Positions 1 through 12,149 of a stretch of DNA of 64,000 nucleotides are shown piece by piece. Within the stretch, counting starts at the first letter, position 1; every line of letters starts with the position of its first letter. This DNA comes from Azolla caroliniana (taxonomy: Eukaryota; Plantae; Polypodiophyta), in assembly GCA_043228905.1 (NCBI GenBank), contig JBHGNT010000006.1, positions 7,998,001-8,062,000 of the forward strand, written 5' to 3'. Both the position numbers and the translations under genes were made by a program. The notes beneath the pieces are model-generated. The model was not told where the DNA came from and did no database searches. It saw only the letters and a list, made by a program, of their open reading frames with translations.

Positions 1-1
1 G

Positions 2-931
2 ATGCTGAAGAAGGCTCTTCACCGAACCTTCTCAATGAAAGACCTGGGTCCGGCGAGGCAAATACTAGGGATGCACATCATCCGGGACCGGAAGAAGAAG
101 CAGTTGTGGCTGTCACAGGAGAAGTACGTGACAAAGGTGCTTCAACGGTTCAACATGTCGGAAGCTAGACCGGTCGGATCAACCCTCCCGGCAAACTGCA
201 AGCTGTCCAGCAAGCAAAGCCCCAAGACAAAGGCTGAGAAGGAGGACATGATGAAAGTACCATATGCCTCTGTCGTCGGAAGCTTGATGTACGCAATGGT
301 GTGTACAAGACCGGACATAGGATATGCAGTCGGAGTGGTGAGCCGGTACATGAGCAATCCCGGAAAAGAGCACTGGAACGCGGTCAAGTGGATACTCCGA
401 TACCTGAAGGGCACGGCAAACGTGTGCCTCCGATTCGGCTCCGGTAAGCCCGAACTCGACGGCTTTACCGATTCAGATATGTCGGCTGATGCAGATACCA
501 GCCGGTCCACATCAGGGTATGTGATGACGTATGCAGGGGGAGCTGTTTCGTGGCAGTCGAGGCTGCAGAAGACGGTTGCGTTGTCAACCACGGAGGCGGA
601 GTACATGGCGGCTGTTGAAGCCGGCAAGGAAATAATATGGATGAAGGACTTCATTAGAGAGCTCGGTATCCGGCAGGAGGAGTACCGACTCTACTGCGAT
701 AGTCAGAGTGCCATCCACCTTGCGAAGAACGCGGCCTATCACTCCAGGACGAAGCACATCCAGCGAAGATATCACTGGATCCGGGAAAGGATAGAAGACC
801 AGGAGTTCGTGCTGACGAAGATCCACACGGACGAAAACGGCTCAGATATGCTGACCAAAGTGCTCACACCCGACAAGCTGGAAGCATGCCGGAAGAGGAT
901 CGGATTGGAGAGACATCCCATGCCGAAGTGA
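2..931 (+). CDS. Ty1/copia pol C-terminus (end of RT plus RNase H), Tnt1/Tork-like; 5' part lies outside the window
   Basis: Motifs KDLGPARQILGM, YASVVGSLMYAMVCTRPDI, GFTDSD, LSTTEAEY, YCDSQSAIHLAKN, HSRTKHI; followed by PPT AAGGGGGAG at 931-939. Confidence 0.95.
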   Translation: MLKKALHRTFSMKDLGPARQILGMHIIRDRKKKQLWLSQEKYVTKVLQRFNMSEARPVGSTLPANCKLSSKQSPKTKAEKEDMMKVPYASVVGSLMYAMVCTRPDIGYAVGVVSRYMSNPGKEHWNAVKWILRYLKGTANVCLRFGSGKPELDGFTDSDMSADADTSRSTSGYVMTYAGGAVSWQSRLQKTVALSTTEAEYMAAVEAGKEIIWMKDFIRELGIRQEEYRLYCDSQSAIHLAKNAAYHSRTKHIQRRYHWIRERIEDQEFVLTKIHTDENGSDMLTKVLTPDKLEACRKRIGLERHPMPK

Positions 932-941
932 AGGGGGAGTT

Positions 942-1675
942 TGTTGGGATATCGGTCCCTCCGGATGGGATGTCCGGAGATGAATGAGGGCAAGCCCGGT
1001 TGCGGTTACGGAACCGGAGGATGAAGAGTACCCGGCATGAAGCCGGATGAAGAGTACCCGGCTACGGAGCCGGATGATGAAAACCCGGCTACGGAGCCGG
1101 ATGATGAAGACCCGGCTACGGAGCCGGATGACGAAGACCCGGCTACGGAGCCGGATGATGAAGACCCGGCTACAGAGCCGGATGATGTATGTACCCGGAG
1201 AGAGATCCGGATGCGGGGACATATTTGTGAATATGTTTGCCAAGGGCCCTTGAGGCTATATTTGTAAATAGCCCGAAAGTCATATGTGTATAAATATGAC
1301 TTAGGGCAAACTGTTTGTTGTTGCTGAAAAGTTGCTGCTCATATTTTTCTGTTTTTCCACTTAGAGGGAGTGAGGTGAGCAGCCGAGAGAGAGAGAGAGA
1401 GAGAGAGAGACGAAGAGGTCGTGGCCTCTGTGTATTACCGCCGCCTGTGGCGAAGATAGTGAGCTCAAGGTTGTTGCCTTGTAGCTTCACCATTGTACAT
1501 CTCTGTTTATAGTGACAGTTGGAGTTTGAGGACTCCCGTGGTTTTTCCCATTTAGGGTTTTCCACGTAAAACATCCTGTGTACCTCTCTCTCTATTGTCT
1601 TCGTGCATTTTGCATTTCCCGTTTTCTGAGAGTTGATCCTTTTCCTCGGTTGTGGCCGAGCGGGTTTTTTCAACA
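942..1675 (+). mobile_element. 3' LTR of the copia element
   Basis: Starts TGTTG 2 nt after the PPT and ends CAACA; contains a TATAAAT box near 1289 and a (GA)n tract. Confidence 0.88.
1010..1190 (+). repeat. 27-bp tandem repeat in LTR U3, about 6 copies
   Basis: Unit GAAGACCCGGCTACGGAGCCGGATGAT; visible as 9-aa periodic ORFs (EDPATEPDD). Confidence 0.92.
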
Positions 1676-3280
1676 TCACGTTCACCTACCACCACCGATC
1701 TCTCCTATAGGACTCACGCCGGCACTCGGGCCAACCACCGGATCGGTGTGAGGATCTTCGTAGACCGCCCTTTCTACCTTCAGTTGCCACCTTGCCACCG
1801 CCACCGTTCGTTATTCTAGGTCTCACGCATGCTCTCATTGCCGGCTAGCGAGAGTGTCTAGAACCGGTGTGCGTAAGGTCGTAGCTAACCGCTTGTCGTT
1901 TTCTGTCCTCCCTTGTCCTGCACCGTCTATACCGAACACTATCCCATATTCGTGCTTGCTTTGGCCCTCGATGGCCACACGCATGTCTTCTGTTCCGCTT
2001 TCGGGTGTGCCCCTTTCCGGCTCAGCACACCGCTCCTTAACCGGGTGTCCCCCCCGACTTCTCACCGGAAGATCACCCAAATGCGTCCTGGCCCGCATGG
2101 CCTCCTTCGTTCACGTAACGCCTTGGATGGTCGGTGCTTCTGATGTTGCCGCCTTCGTCCCCTTGCTGCCACCTTCCATTACCCTCGGTCTCACGTTGCC
2201 ACGTTGGCGGAACAACCGGGGTCTCCGGGCAGGTGTGAAGGATCCTTCTCGAGCGTCCGTTTTGTTGGGTCACCGACTCTCGTTCCAAGCGCGTCTGATC
2301 TTTGTCTTGCTGACTCTGCTAGTCGGGTCCGTATTCGATCTGTGGCCGCCTCGCCGGCCTCATACCTCCTTTCGCTCTACATTCCGTCGTCTGATCACGT
2401 TCACCTAACGCCACCGTCCCTTCCTATAGGACTCACGCCGGCACTCGGGCCGATTGCCGGATCGGTGTGAGGATCTTCGTGGGACCTCCCCTTCTGGCTT
2501 TGGTTGCCCGCCATTCCGCCGCCACCGTTCCTTACTCTAAGTCTCACGTGGGCTCTCGGGCCGACCGCTGGAGCGTCTAGAACCGGTGTGTGTAAGGTCG
2601 CGGTAGTACTGCTTGCCGTTTTCTTCCTCCTCTGTTGGTCACGTTCACCTGCCGCCACCATCCTTTCCTATAGGACTCACGCCGGCTCTTGGGCCGACCG
2701 CCGGATTGGTGTGAGGATCTTCGTAGACCGCCCATCCTCAGTCCTTTGCCTTCGTCCCCTTGCCGCCACCGTTCGTCGCTCTAGGTCTCACACCGGCTCT
2801 CGGGCCGACTGTCGGAGTCTCTAGAACCGGTGTGAAGGATCCCCTTGGGGCTCGTCGTATCCCCAACCCTTACCCGGGTCGTCCTTCTCCGCATGTCAAG
2901 AGGGTGCCTCGCTCCACACCCTCCCCTGTGGTACCGACGTACCGTGTTCCTGGCCTCTTCGTAGGTCTGCTCTCACCCCTTTTTCCAGATCGTCTATCCA
3001 AAAGTCTGCTCCGCTCGATTCTCGTCTGGGTTCGTTTGTCATTCTCTGGATTGTCGGGTCTCGTTCTCCTACCGCCATCATTCTCTCCTATAGGACTCAC
3101 ACCGGCTCTCAGGCCGACCTCCAGATTGGTGTGAGGATCTCCGTAGGACCGGTCTTCGTTCTCCACTTCATCCCTTGTACTTCTCCTGGACTCATCGTTG
3201 CTCTCCTCGTTGTGGTCCCGCCTCCATCTCCCATCTCTTTCGGTCTCACGTTGCCACGCCAGCCGAACTGTCGTAGTCCC
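1676..3280. repeat. Imperfect repeats with a unit of about 120 bp inside element A
   Basis: Core TAGGACTCACGCCGGC...GGGCC...CCGGATCGGTGTGAGGATC recurs near 1710, 2430, 2545, 2672, 2785 and 3092. Confidence 0.8.
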
Positions 3281-4288
3281 CATTCAAGATGTGGGGACAC
3301 CGATTTCGTAACGACTCTAGACGACTCACCCGGCGCCATTGATTGGTGTTGGTGGAAAGCATCTGCTCTATGATCGATCAAGCCCCGCCTGGGCTTGATT
3401 CTCCAATGTCTGGTGTTTCAGCACTGATGTCGATCCTACCGGACTCGTTCCATACCCTCGATCATCTTCCTTTCGATTCCCGACCTTTGCCTGGTCGGTC
3501 TTTCTCCCCATGTAAAAGAGGGCGGCTCATTCCGCACCCTCTCCCGTATTCGCACCCTCATGCCGATTCTAGTCCAAGTCGGACAATCCACGACCGGATC
3601 GCGCTCCAACCGAATCGGAGTGTCACGTTGTTTAGTCCCCGGTCGGGTCGTTTCTTGGTCTCTTTGTCAACCTTCTCGCGGGCCACCTCCCATCCTTCTT
3701 CGTTGGCATCGTGCCAGGACTCCTCGATACTGTCATCCATCTCCTCGGTCTCACATGGGCGTAAGGGCCCGAATGCCGAGTTCTCCGGAATCGGTCCCGA
3801 GGGCTCTTGTCCGTTCCTTCCCGGTATCGTCTCGCCGGTGATTCTCGGTCCCTCGCCGTCGCCTTCCTCCTCTTGGTGCTCATGTGGGCACTCGGGCTCG
3901 ACTGCCATCGTCTTGGTAGCAAGTGTGGGAAGATGCGAAGAATCGCCCGTCCATTTTACACCCTTGTCCATAGCCACCGGCTCTTCGTGGTCGGCGGTCG
4001 TCTCCTTACCGACCGCGCAAGCCCCGCATGGGCTTGCTTCTCCAATGTCCAGAGCCTCGGGCTGACGTGCCCAAAACCGCCGGTCCCAACATTCCGATCC
4101 CGCGATCGGTATCTCGGCCTTGTCCTCGGCCGTTTTATCTCCGCAAGTCGAGAGGGCATTTTGTTTCGCACCCTCTCCCGTGGTACCATCGTACTGATCT
4201 TCTACCATCTCGTGGGGCAAGTTCGTCTCCTCGGCCTCGGCTCGCGGCCTTGATCTTTCCTCTTCCTCGGGCATCGCCTCAAGAGCTG

Positions 4289-4691
4289 TGTTGCCGTTTA
4301 GGAACACGGTCCGCGGTCAGTCCTTCGACCTAGACCTCAAATGGGTGTGGAACAACGAACAAGTGTATAAGCGTATAAGGGAAGACAGCTACAACCGAAT
4401 CCCTATTCAGGGTTACACTTACGTACTACAACGCTTAAGTAATCAAGACACCCACTCTGAACTAGTCGTAGCTATACACAGAAAATCAGAGAAGATAGTA
4501 TTCTATTATAAGGCGTTTCTTTACATTCCCCAAAATTACACGCACCTCTATCAGAGGTTTTCTGCCCTTTATATATGCAGGGTCTAATTAGCCGTTCACG
4601 CTTCCTGCGTGAACCGTTACATGCGTTATGCTCTTATATAATTTCTTACTCCTATGCTTTTGTCCGTCAGTTACTATTCCGATGGACAACA
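4289..4691 (-). repeat. 3' LTR of B (403 bp, with a 37-bp deletion)
   Basis: Direct repeat of 22608-23047. Confidence 0.92.
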
Positions 4692-4737
4692 CTTGGAATG
4701 CCTGTGGGACAGTGCCTTTGCACGTCGGACCCATCCC

Positions 4738-7699
4738 TTAATCTTCTTCCAAAATGGCCCGGATGTTCGGCTCTACTGTGGTTTCCTTGTTCGAAGGTGA
4801 TGTAGGGCCCGTAGGTGCATCGTGGTGTGGCTCCTCTGTTTGGTCAGGCTGGTTTCTCCCGGAGTCGCCGTCGCCGTGTGTGGGTGGTCCGGGTACGGTG
4901 GGCTCTTCTTGAGTTAGTGGGTTGGGCTCCGCCGTTGTCATGCTTGCAATCAGCTGCAACTCTACCTCCATTGTTACGTCCTCCGTGGTGTTGGCCGTTT
5001 TTGTGTATTCCTGGGAGTGGGGCGGAGATTCCGCCTGGTCCGCACCGTTCTCCGCATGGTCTAATGATAGTGTGGGCTCGTGCGGCTGGACCTCTTGTTG
5101 GGTAGTGGTTTCGTTGTCTGGTCCCGTGGGGAACTCCGCTCGTTGGTCCCCGCTATTCTCCCTTGTTGTCATCTCCGGTGATCAGGCCTGAGGTTCCTCT
5201 TCTTCGGCTGGGGTCGGAATTGGTGACGCGCTAGATTCCTCGTTTGTGCGCATGTTGCCGGCCTGCGTGATCTGGTGAAATAGCTCCTCCTGACTTTCAC
5301 CAAAATCATCTAAGAGTTGTGCGAGTTCTTCGGAGTGTTGGTCTGCTAGCGCACGATAGTCTTGCGCTAGGTCCTCCCGTACGGTCGCAATGCTCTCCTC
5401 ATTTAGTTTATAGAAACCTCGACCGTCTTTTCGCCGGTTCTCCCAATCCGCACGATACGCGTGCAATTCCGGTGCTTGGGTTGCCCACGCCATCCATCCT
5501 TTGTCCAGCGCCGTTTTCAATTGCGCTGTGAACCTCTCCCGATTTGTTTGGAGAAGGATCCGCACATTATCTGTGATGGCCTGGCAACGGTTGCGTGCGT
5601 CTTCCATCGACTCCTAGAGATTTGCGATTTCCAGTTGTTTAACGGTTGCCGCTTCCTCATACGTGGCCTTCAGACCCGCCCACAGCTGGGATTCCTTTGC
5701 ATGTTGTTCTTCTAATTTCCCCATCTCGTTGTTTAGGCGGATTTCGAGCTGATGCCTTCTGTCTTGTTCGACCACCAACTGCTCATCGAACCATACCTTC
5801 TTTTTTTCTAATAAGGCCCGAAGTCCTGCTATTGCCGCCTCTGATTTCTTCGTGTCCTCTCGTAATCGTGCGTTGTCATCCTTTGTCCGGATGTGTTGAG
5901 CTACCTCCGTAGCTAGTTTTTCTTCAAGAGTTTTTACTGCCTTCCGTCCGTTAGCCCGTATCTCCTTTTCTCTGTTTGAGGATTTGCGTAGTTCTGCGCG
6001 AAGACGTCCAATTTCGGATTCTGCTAGCTGCACGGCTCTTTTTGCTTTTGAGGCGATGGCGGTCTGAGCCTCGATTTCTTCTTTTAGAGCATCGATGACA
6101 TGGTTCGGTGGCGGGGTTGCGTGTTGCACCGTAGTCGCGTGAGCTTCCAACTCGGCGATGCGTGCGTTGGCTTTTTGCAATTCGGCTTTGGTCAGTTTGA
6201 CCTTCTTCCTGACATTCTTATTTTTTATGGCCATCTCCTTGGCGCCCGTGTTGACCTTTGCCAGTTCCCGATGGACTTCGACTAGGGCCGTGTTTAAGGG
6301 CGGTATCTCCATCCCCACTCGTCGTACCCCGGCATTCCTCTACCTATCGACCCTAGCTAGCCAGTCCTCATCGTCACTCTCCGTTGTTTGTGTTAGGGCG
6401 CGCTCGATCATCTAGCGTTCCGCATGCTCCTCGGCCATTCGTTGGGCGGCTTTGACCTGTTGTGTTGCCAGGAACTCCATGAGCTCAAAAGAAGTACCGA
6501 ACTGCAAGAGGGCGTTGAACTCGTGGGCTGTATCCGGGATATCCGGATATGCCAAAACCTCGCTTTCCGCCGTCAATACGGCTTTCCCTCGTTGGGACTG
6601 AGTCGTAATAATCGATCGTGGCTCCCGGATGATTTCGAAGGTGGTATTCGGTTCCGCTGCTGCGGCGCCTTTGCCTTCGGTCGGTGTCTCCGTTTCCGTG
6701 GGGACGTCTTTTACCAACCCCTGCCCATCTTTCCTGTCCAATCTGCGCCGTTTTGGTCTGGGTCTTTCCCGCCGTGTTTCGGTGTCTGGTTCTGGGGCTG
6801 CTTCCCTGGAGCGTCTCGGTTGTTCCTCCTACGTTGTCCGTGCGTCTGGCTGGTCGGTAGGAGGTGTTGTCCTTGGGTCTGGCTGGGCCGGTTGGGGTTC
6901 CTCTTCCCACTCTAGGGCCGATAACTCTGCTAACATGCGTTTCGCGGATCGGGGCGGGTCCGTGGGTTGGCTGGGTTGCGGTGCTAGCAGGCCTCGGGGT
7001 GGAAATAGTACCGTAAGGTATTGTTGGATGATCGGCCTAAGCTTTTTGCCTGCTTGGTACGCATGCAAGCCTTCCCTTAACGTTGGCCCTATGATGACCC
7101 CCCTAGTCGACGGCACGCCCTTCAAAGGTATCGATGATGATGCCCGCTTTCTGCTTAGGCGTCCCTTATGCGTTGACATGTACGCAGCCGACTTCTAGCA
7201 GGAACTTGGCAACTTCACGGAAGAAGGTATCCGGGATTTTTTTTGTTCTATAGGCCTTGGCGGAGGAGGAATATGGCCCAAAATACCGCTGCAGCGCCTC
7301 TGCAGGAGGTATTTCGAAATGTCTTTCACTTAGTGAGGATAGGTCCAACTTCTTCCGGATGGAAGAGTTGGTGACCGTGTCGATGTTAAGCCTCCTAGCG
7401 ATTTTCATGGCATCTGGGTGTCGATGTTATGCTTCTGCGACCCGGATGTAACCATCCAGGCGTTTCTCCATGAGCCATCGGTGTAGGGCAGTAGAGATGA
7501 AGATTGGCATCGCCAGAGTAGGTTCGTGGGGAGGAGACGGTTTGTTGTGGTGAATTGGAGCTCTGAGATAGGATGGGGAAGAAGGTGAGGAGGAGGAGCG
7601 ATGGGAGTGCTGATAGCTAGAAGATGGGTTTCTGCTTTGTGCAGAAAATCTTCTGTTTCCTTCTTTTTGTGGCTTAGGGATCATTGGGCAGTGAGCCAT
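4738..7699 (-). pseudogene. Extra ORF of B (homologue of the C ORF at 17860-20487), broken by stops and frameshifts
   Basis: Fragments MPIFISTALHRWLME, YFGPYSSSAKAY, DIPDTAHEFNALLQFGTSFELMEFLA and LDKGWMAWATQAPEL match the C protein in order. Confidence 0.88.
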
Positions 7700-7829
7700 C
7701 GTGGTGCCGCGTGTTCTTGAACTAGGAGTTTGTGCATGCCTTTAGTTGTTTTAATAGTCAATATCTTGTCTTCTTTTCTTTTTCTTTTTTTTGTTGTAAC
7801 GGTTATTTACCACCTATTTTTACATTATA

Positions 7830-10800
7830 GTACAAATGGGGTTGTCCATTTTACGTTGCGGGTTCCCCGGCTCTGTCCTGTTCGGGGGTGAATGGGTTAG
7901 GTGGCGTAGGGCCCAGGTAAGGTTTGAGCCGAAATCCATTCACCTTTTGCCGTAATTCTTCCCCAGCCAACGTTCCTAGTTGGAACGTGCCTTGGTCCGC
8001 TCCAATTATCCAGTATGGGCCGGTCCAGCGGAACGTAACTTCCCCAGCATATGGCCCATGCGCGTTTGAAAAACTAGCAGCGCTCGGCCTACGTCGAACT
8101 CCTTTTCCCTTGCGTTCCGATGTCGATCCACAAACGCTTTACACCGTCGTTGTTCCTGTTCCAACACAGCCATGTTGTGGACACGATTTTCCCCTAGTTC
8201 GAGGAGCTGGTAGAGCCGTACCTCCTCCAACTTGGCTTCTGATAATCGGTTCTGTACCTGAATGCGCAAACTCGGTACCTGAAATTCGACCGGCATCACA
8301 ACCTCCAGTCCAAACGCTAGTCGGAACGGTGTTGATTGTATGCTTGTTTTGTAACTAGTTCTGTACGCCCATAACGCACTTTGTAGTTTGGTATCCCAGT
8401 CCGTTCTATTTTCATTGACGGTTTTCTTCAAGATGGTCTGTAATGTCTTGTTCGTGGATTCTACTAATCCATTCGCCTGTGGATAATATGGCGTGCTCTT
8501 CTTGTGGACTACGGCGTAATGATGTGTTAGTTCCCGAACCACCGTATTGAGAAAGTGACTCCCCTGGTCACTGATGAGCTCAATCGGACAGCCGAACCGG
8601 CACCAGATGTGCTCGTAAAGGAATTTGGTTGTGACGACCGCCGTATTTTCACGTAGTGCCTTTGTTTCTACCCATTTGGTGCAGTAATCCGTGACTACCA
8701 ATATGTATTTGTTGCCCGTACAGGCCGCCGCTGGTGTGAAGGACCCTACAAAATCCAATCCCCACTTTTGGAAGGGGTCTAGCGGTAATACGGGCTGGTG
8801 TGGCATCCTTGCGTCCTCCGCGGGCTGACCCATCCGCTGACACAAATCACACTTTCTACAATACTCGGATGCGTCCTTCTGCGTTGTTGGCCACCATAAG
8901 CCCGCCTGCCATACTTTCCGGGCTGTCACGTCGCCCGCGTAATGGCCGCCTGCCGTGCCGTAGTGTGCCTCCAGTAAAACGGCTTCCTTCTCATCCTGAC
9001 GGACCCCACGTCGCCAAATGCCGTCATTTCCTTTATGATATAAAATGCCTTCGACGAGCCAGAAGTGACGGCTTCGGACGGCTAGTCGTTTCTTCTTGTC
9101 CGTGCGTAATTGTGGTGGAGGCAGTCCTGTAGTTAAAAAGTACGTCATTTCCATAAGCCATCGGTCCGGAAAGGTGGATTCCGTTTTTTCTGCAAATGTC
9201 GCTACTCACAAGATGTCGGCGTCCGGAAAATCGTCGTCGTCTTTTTGTATTGTTTCTCCATTCTCAAGTCTGCTCAAAAAATCTGCCACTACGTGTTGCG
9301 TTCTTGGTCGGTGCTGAATTACGAAATCGAATTCCTGGAGCAGCAGCATCCACCGCGCCAATTTCCCTATCAGGGCTTGTTTCTCTACCAAATACAAAAA
9401 TGTCGAATGATCCACGTGGAACGTAAATTACCTTCCTAATAAATCGTCTCAGAATTTATTGATGCTATATATCATCCCTAGCGCCTCCTGCTCAGTTGTG
9501 GAATAGTTACGCTCTACTGCTGACAATTTACAACTCGCGTAGTATACTGGCCTGTACCAGTTTGGTTCGGTGAGCTGCATTAGTGCGCTTCCTATTGCTA
9601 TGTCCGAGGCGTCGACGAACACGTGCATTGGCTTTGCCCAAACTGGTGGTTGTACGACGGGAGCCTGTGTGAGCATTATCTTAAGTGCCTCATAGGCCTT
9701 ATCCTCCGTTGCAGTCCATTGGAAAGGAGTCTAATGTACGGCAGCGTGTAGCGGCGTGGCGAAGTCCGCCAAATACCGTATCATCCGACTATGTCACCGT
9801 ATTTGTCCTAAAAACCGGCCAAGCGATTTGGCGTTTGTCGGAGTTTTGGCTTGCGTAATCGCGGAGATCTTGTTTGGGTCGACCGTTATTCCCTCTTTGC
9901 TGACTATGTGGCCTAGGAGAGTCCCGCTGGTCACGCCGAAGGCACATTTCGCGGGATTCAGGCTTTAGCGTGCGGTGCGGGAACGTTCCATGCACAATCG
10001 TAAGTGCGTAAAATGGTCTATTGTTTCCCCATATACCGCAAAGTCGTCTAGAAAAACTTGCATGAACGTCGAAATGTATTCCCCAAAGATCTCCGTAATC
10101 GTTCCTTGAAATGTTGTCAGCACTGTCTTTAGCCCGAACATCATGACGACTGCCACATAGACTCCCCAGTCCGTGACAAACGCCGTCTTCTCCTAGTCCT
10201 CGGGGTGCATGCGTACCTGGTTATAGCCACTGAAGCCATCTAAGAAACTGTACATCTCATGGCCTGTGACAGCATCCAGCACGCTATCGGTGAAGGGTAA
10301 GGGAAATGCGTCCGTAATTGTTACGGCGTTTAATTTCCGGTAATCTACGCATACCCTTATTTTGCCGTTTTTCTTTGGGACGACCACTATCGGGCTTAGG
10401 CATGTCGCTTGTTTAACTGGTCGTATGAACCCCGCCTTCAAGAGCTTGTCAATTTCTTCTTTCACTCGGGTCGCGTAATTGGGGTTTATGCGGTAGCGGC
10501 ACTGCTAGACAGGTTTCGCATCAGTTGCTAAATTGATCTTATGCTGATAGAACTTGGGATCTAACCCATTCATGTCATCGTGAGCCCAAGCGAACACATC
10601 TTTATATTCCGTGAGTAGTGCGATCATCGTGATTCTCTGGTCCGGCCTTAATTCCTTTGCGATGGAGAGGAACCGGGGCTCTGATTCTGTACCCACATTT
10701 ACTTCTTCAAGAGCTGAAGCGGTGACTCGTTGTGAAATCTCCATTTCCCTTTCAAATGCCGCACGTGCTCTGCTGAGTTCCAATATGGACTCTGGGTTTG

Positions 10801-11628
10801 GTTCGTAAGGCTCGTCGTGGGAAACAATGGTCGTGGCATATTCTGTCGCGGTTGCTATGACATCTATTTCGAACAGCAGAATAATCCGAGGGTGTTCGTC
10901 GAGGTACACCTCCAATTCTGCATCCTCCTCCCCAACCAACATATTTATGTCCTCCGCGTATAACGGTGTTATACCCTTAGGTTGCGACGTGCTCCCTTTC
11001 GTAGGTACGCGAACCTTGGTGCGTCCATGCCGGAAACTGATACACTCCTGTTGCCAACTCTGCTTGATATTTGCTGTCCGAAGCCATGGTCTGCCCAGAA
11101 GCACTGGGTACGCTCCTGGGGCCTCCAAAGCGAGGACGACCGCCGAGATGTCGAAGCGGTGTCTGCCCACGATGATGCCTATATTGCGAATTAACCCCAA
11201 CGGTCGCACTGAGCGGGTATCTGCCATGCGGAACCAGAATGGACACGCCTCCCACTCATAAATGCCTAACTGCTCGCAAGTTGTCGCGCTAATTACATTG
11301 ACGCCTGAGCCGCTGTCGATTACGCATCCAGGAACTTCCTGTCCGTGCAATATTACTGTAATAGTCGGGTTGTGTTGATCCACCACTGGTGGTCCATCAC
11401 TAATGTCTGTTAGGTTTGTGGCAACGCTTGCCCCGGGTATGCCTGCCGCCTGTGCTTCCATGGTCTGGCGGAAACGTGGAACTAGCTGTAGCAGTTTTTC
11501 CATGGTTAACGTTATTTCACAGCCTGCTAACACCTGCCAAATGGGGTCCGGACCCGGTCTTTCGTTCTCTGTTCGCTCCATTGTGTTCGTGGACTCCTGC
11601 CGCATACATTCCATATTGGTCGCATTTT
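7830..11628 (-). pseudogene. pol of B (PR-RT-RH-INT), disrupted
   Basis: VIDSGSGVN protease, QVFLDDFAVY RT, VFVDASDIAIG RH, HHCC and WGLDFVG integrase; several stops and frameshifts; left boundary approximate. Confidence 0.93.
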
Positions 11629-12101
11629 CTTTTTGTTACCCGGACCCGGACAGTCAGTTTTACCGAACAGGTGGGAAAGCGTCGAAAACAGAGTCGGTTC
11701 GGATCGACTGTTCGGATCAATGACTCAGCAGTAAAACGAAGAGAACTAAGTTAGTTAGATAATTTTGTAAATCTTGTTAGGGAGTAGGAATAGTTCTTGA
11801 TGAGAAAAGACCTTCGGTATACCTATAAAAGGGAACCAAAGGCATTGTAAGAAAGGTCGTTTTATTTAGTAATATAAGTTTAAGTTAGGAATATCTTGTA
11901 CGGATTCTGTGTTTCTCTGTTGTCTATGATCTTAAGTGCAAGCTTCCTAATTTATAACTAAGTAACGATCACGGTAATTACCGATTAATATAGCATAATT
12001 CCGTTCATAAAACACAATTCCTTGTTAGAACGTTGAGTAGCGGCGTTCACTCTTCTGTATCGGTAATAGTTAGTAATTAGCCGATTAACACAGAAGAATT
12101 T

Positions 12102-12114
12102 TGGCACGCCCGGT
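12102..12114 (+). other. PBS of C, tRNA-Arg type, 11 nt downstream of the LTR
   Basis: TGGCACGCCCGGT is complementary to the 3' end of plant tRNA-Arg(UCU) as recalled (...ACCGGGCGUG-CCA). Confidence 0.8.
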
Positions 12115-12149
12115 TACATCTGCAATTAAGCAGAGAACAATTCGAATGG

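Noticed and set aside
1010-1267. CRISPR-like array or repeat protein (EDPATEPDD)n
   Set aside because: Head-to-tail 27-bp repeats with no spacers, inside a eukaryotic LTR; the ORFs are by-products of the repeat.
142-11261. Numerous antisense ORFs of 60-240 aa
   Set aside because: Shadow ORFs opposite GC-rich retrotransposon coding or repeat sequence, with no independent motifs.
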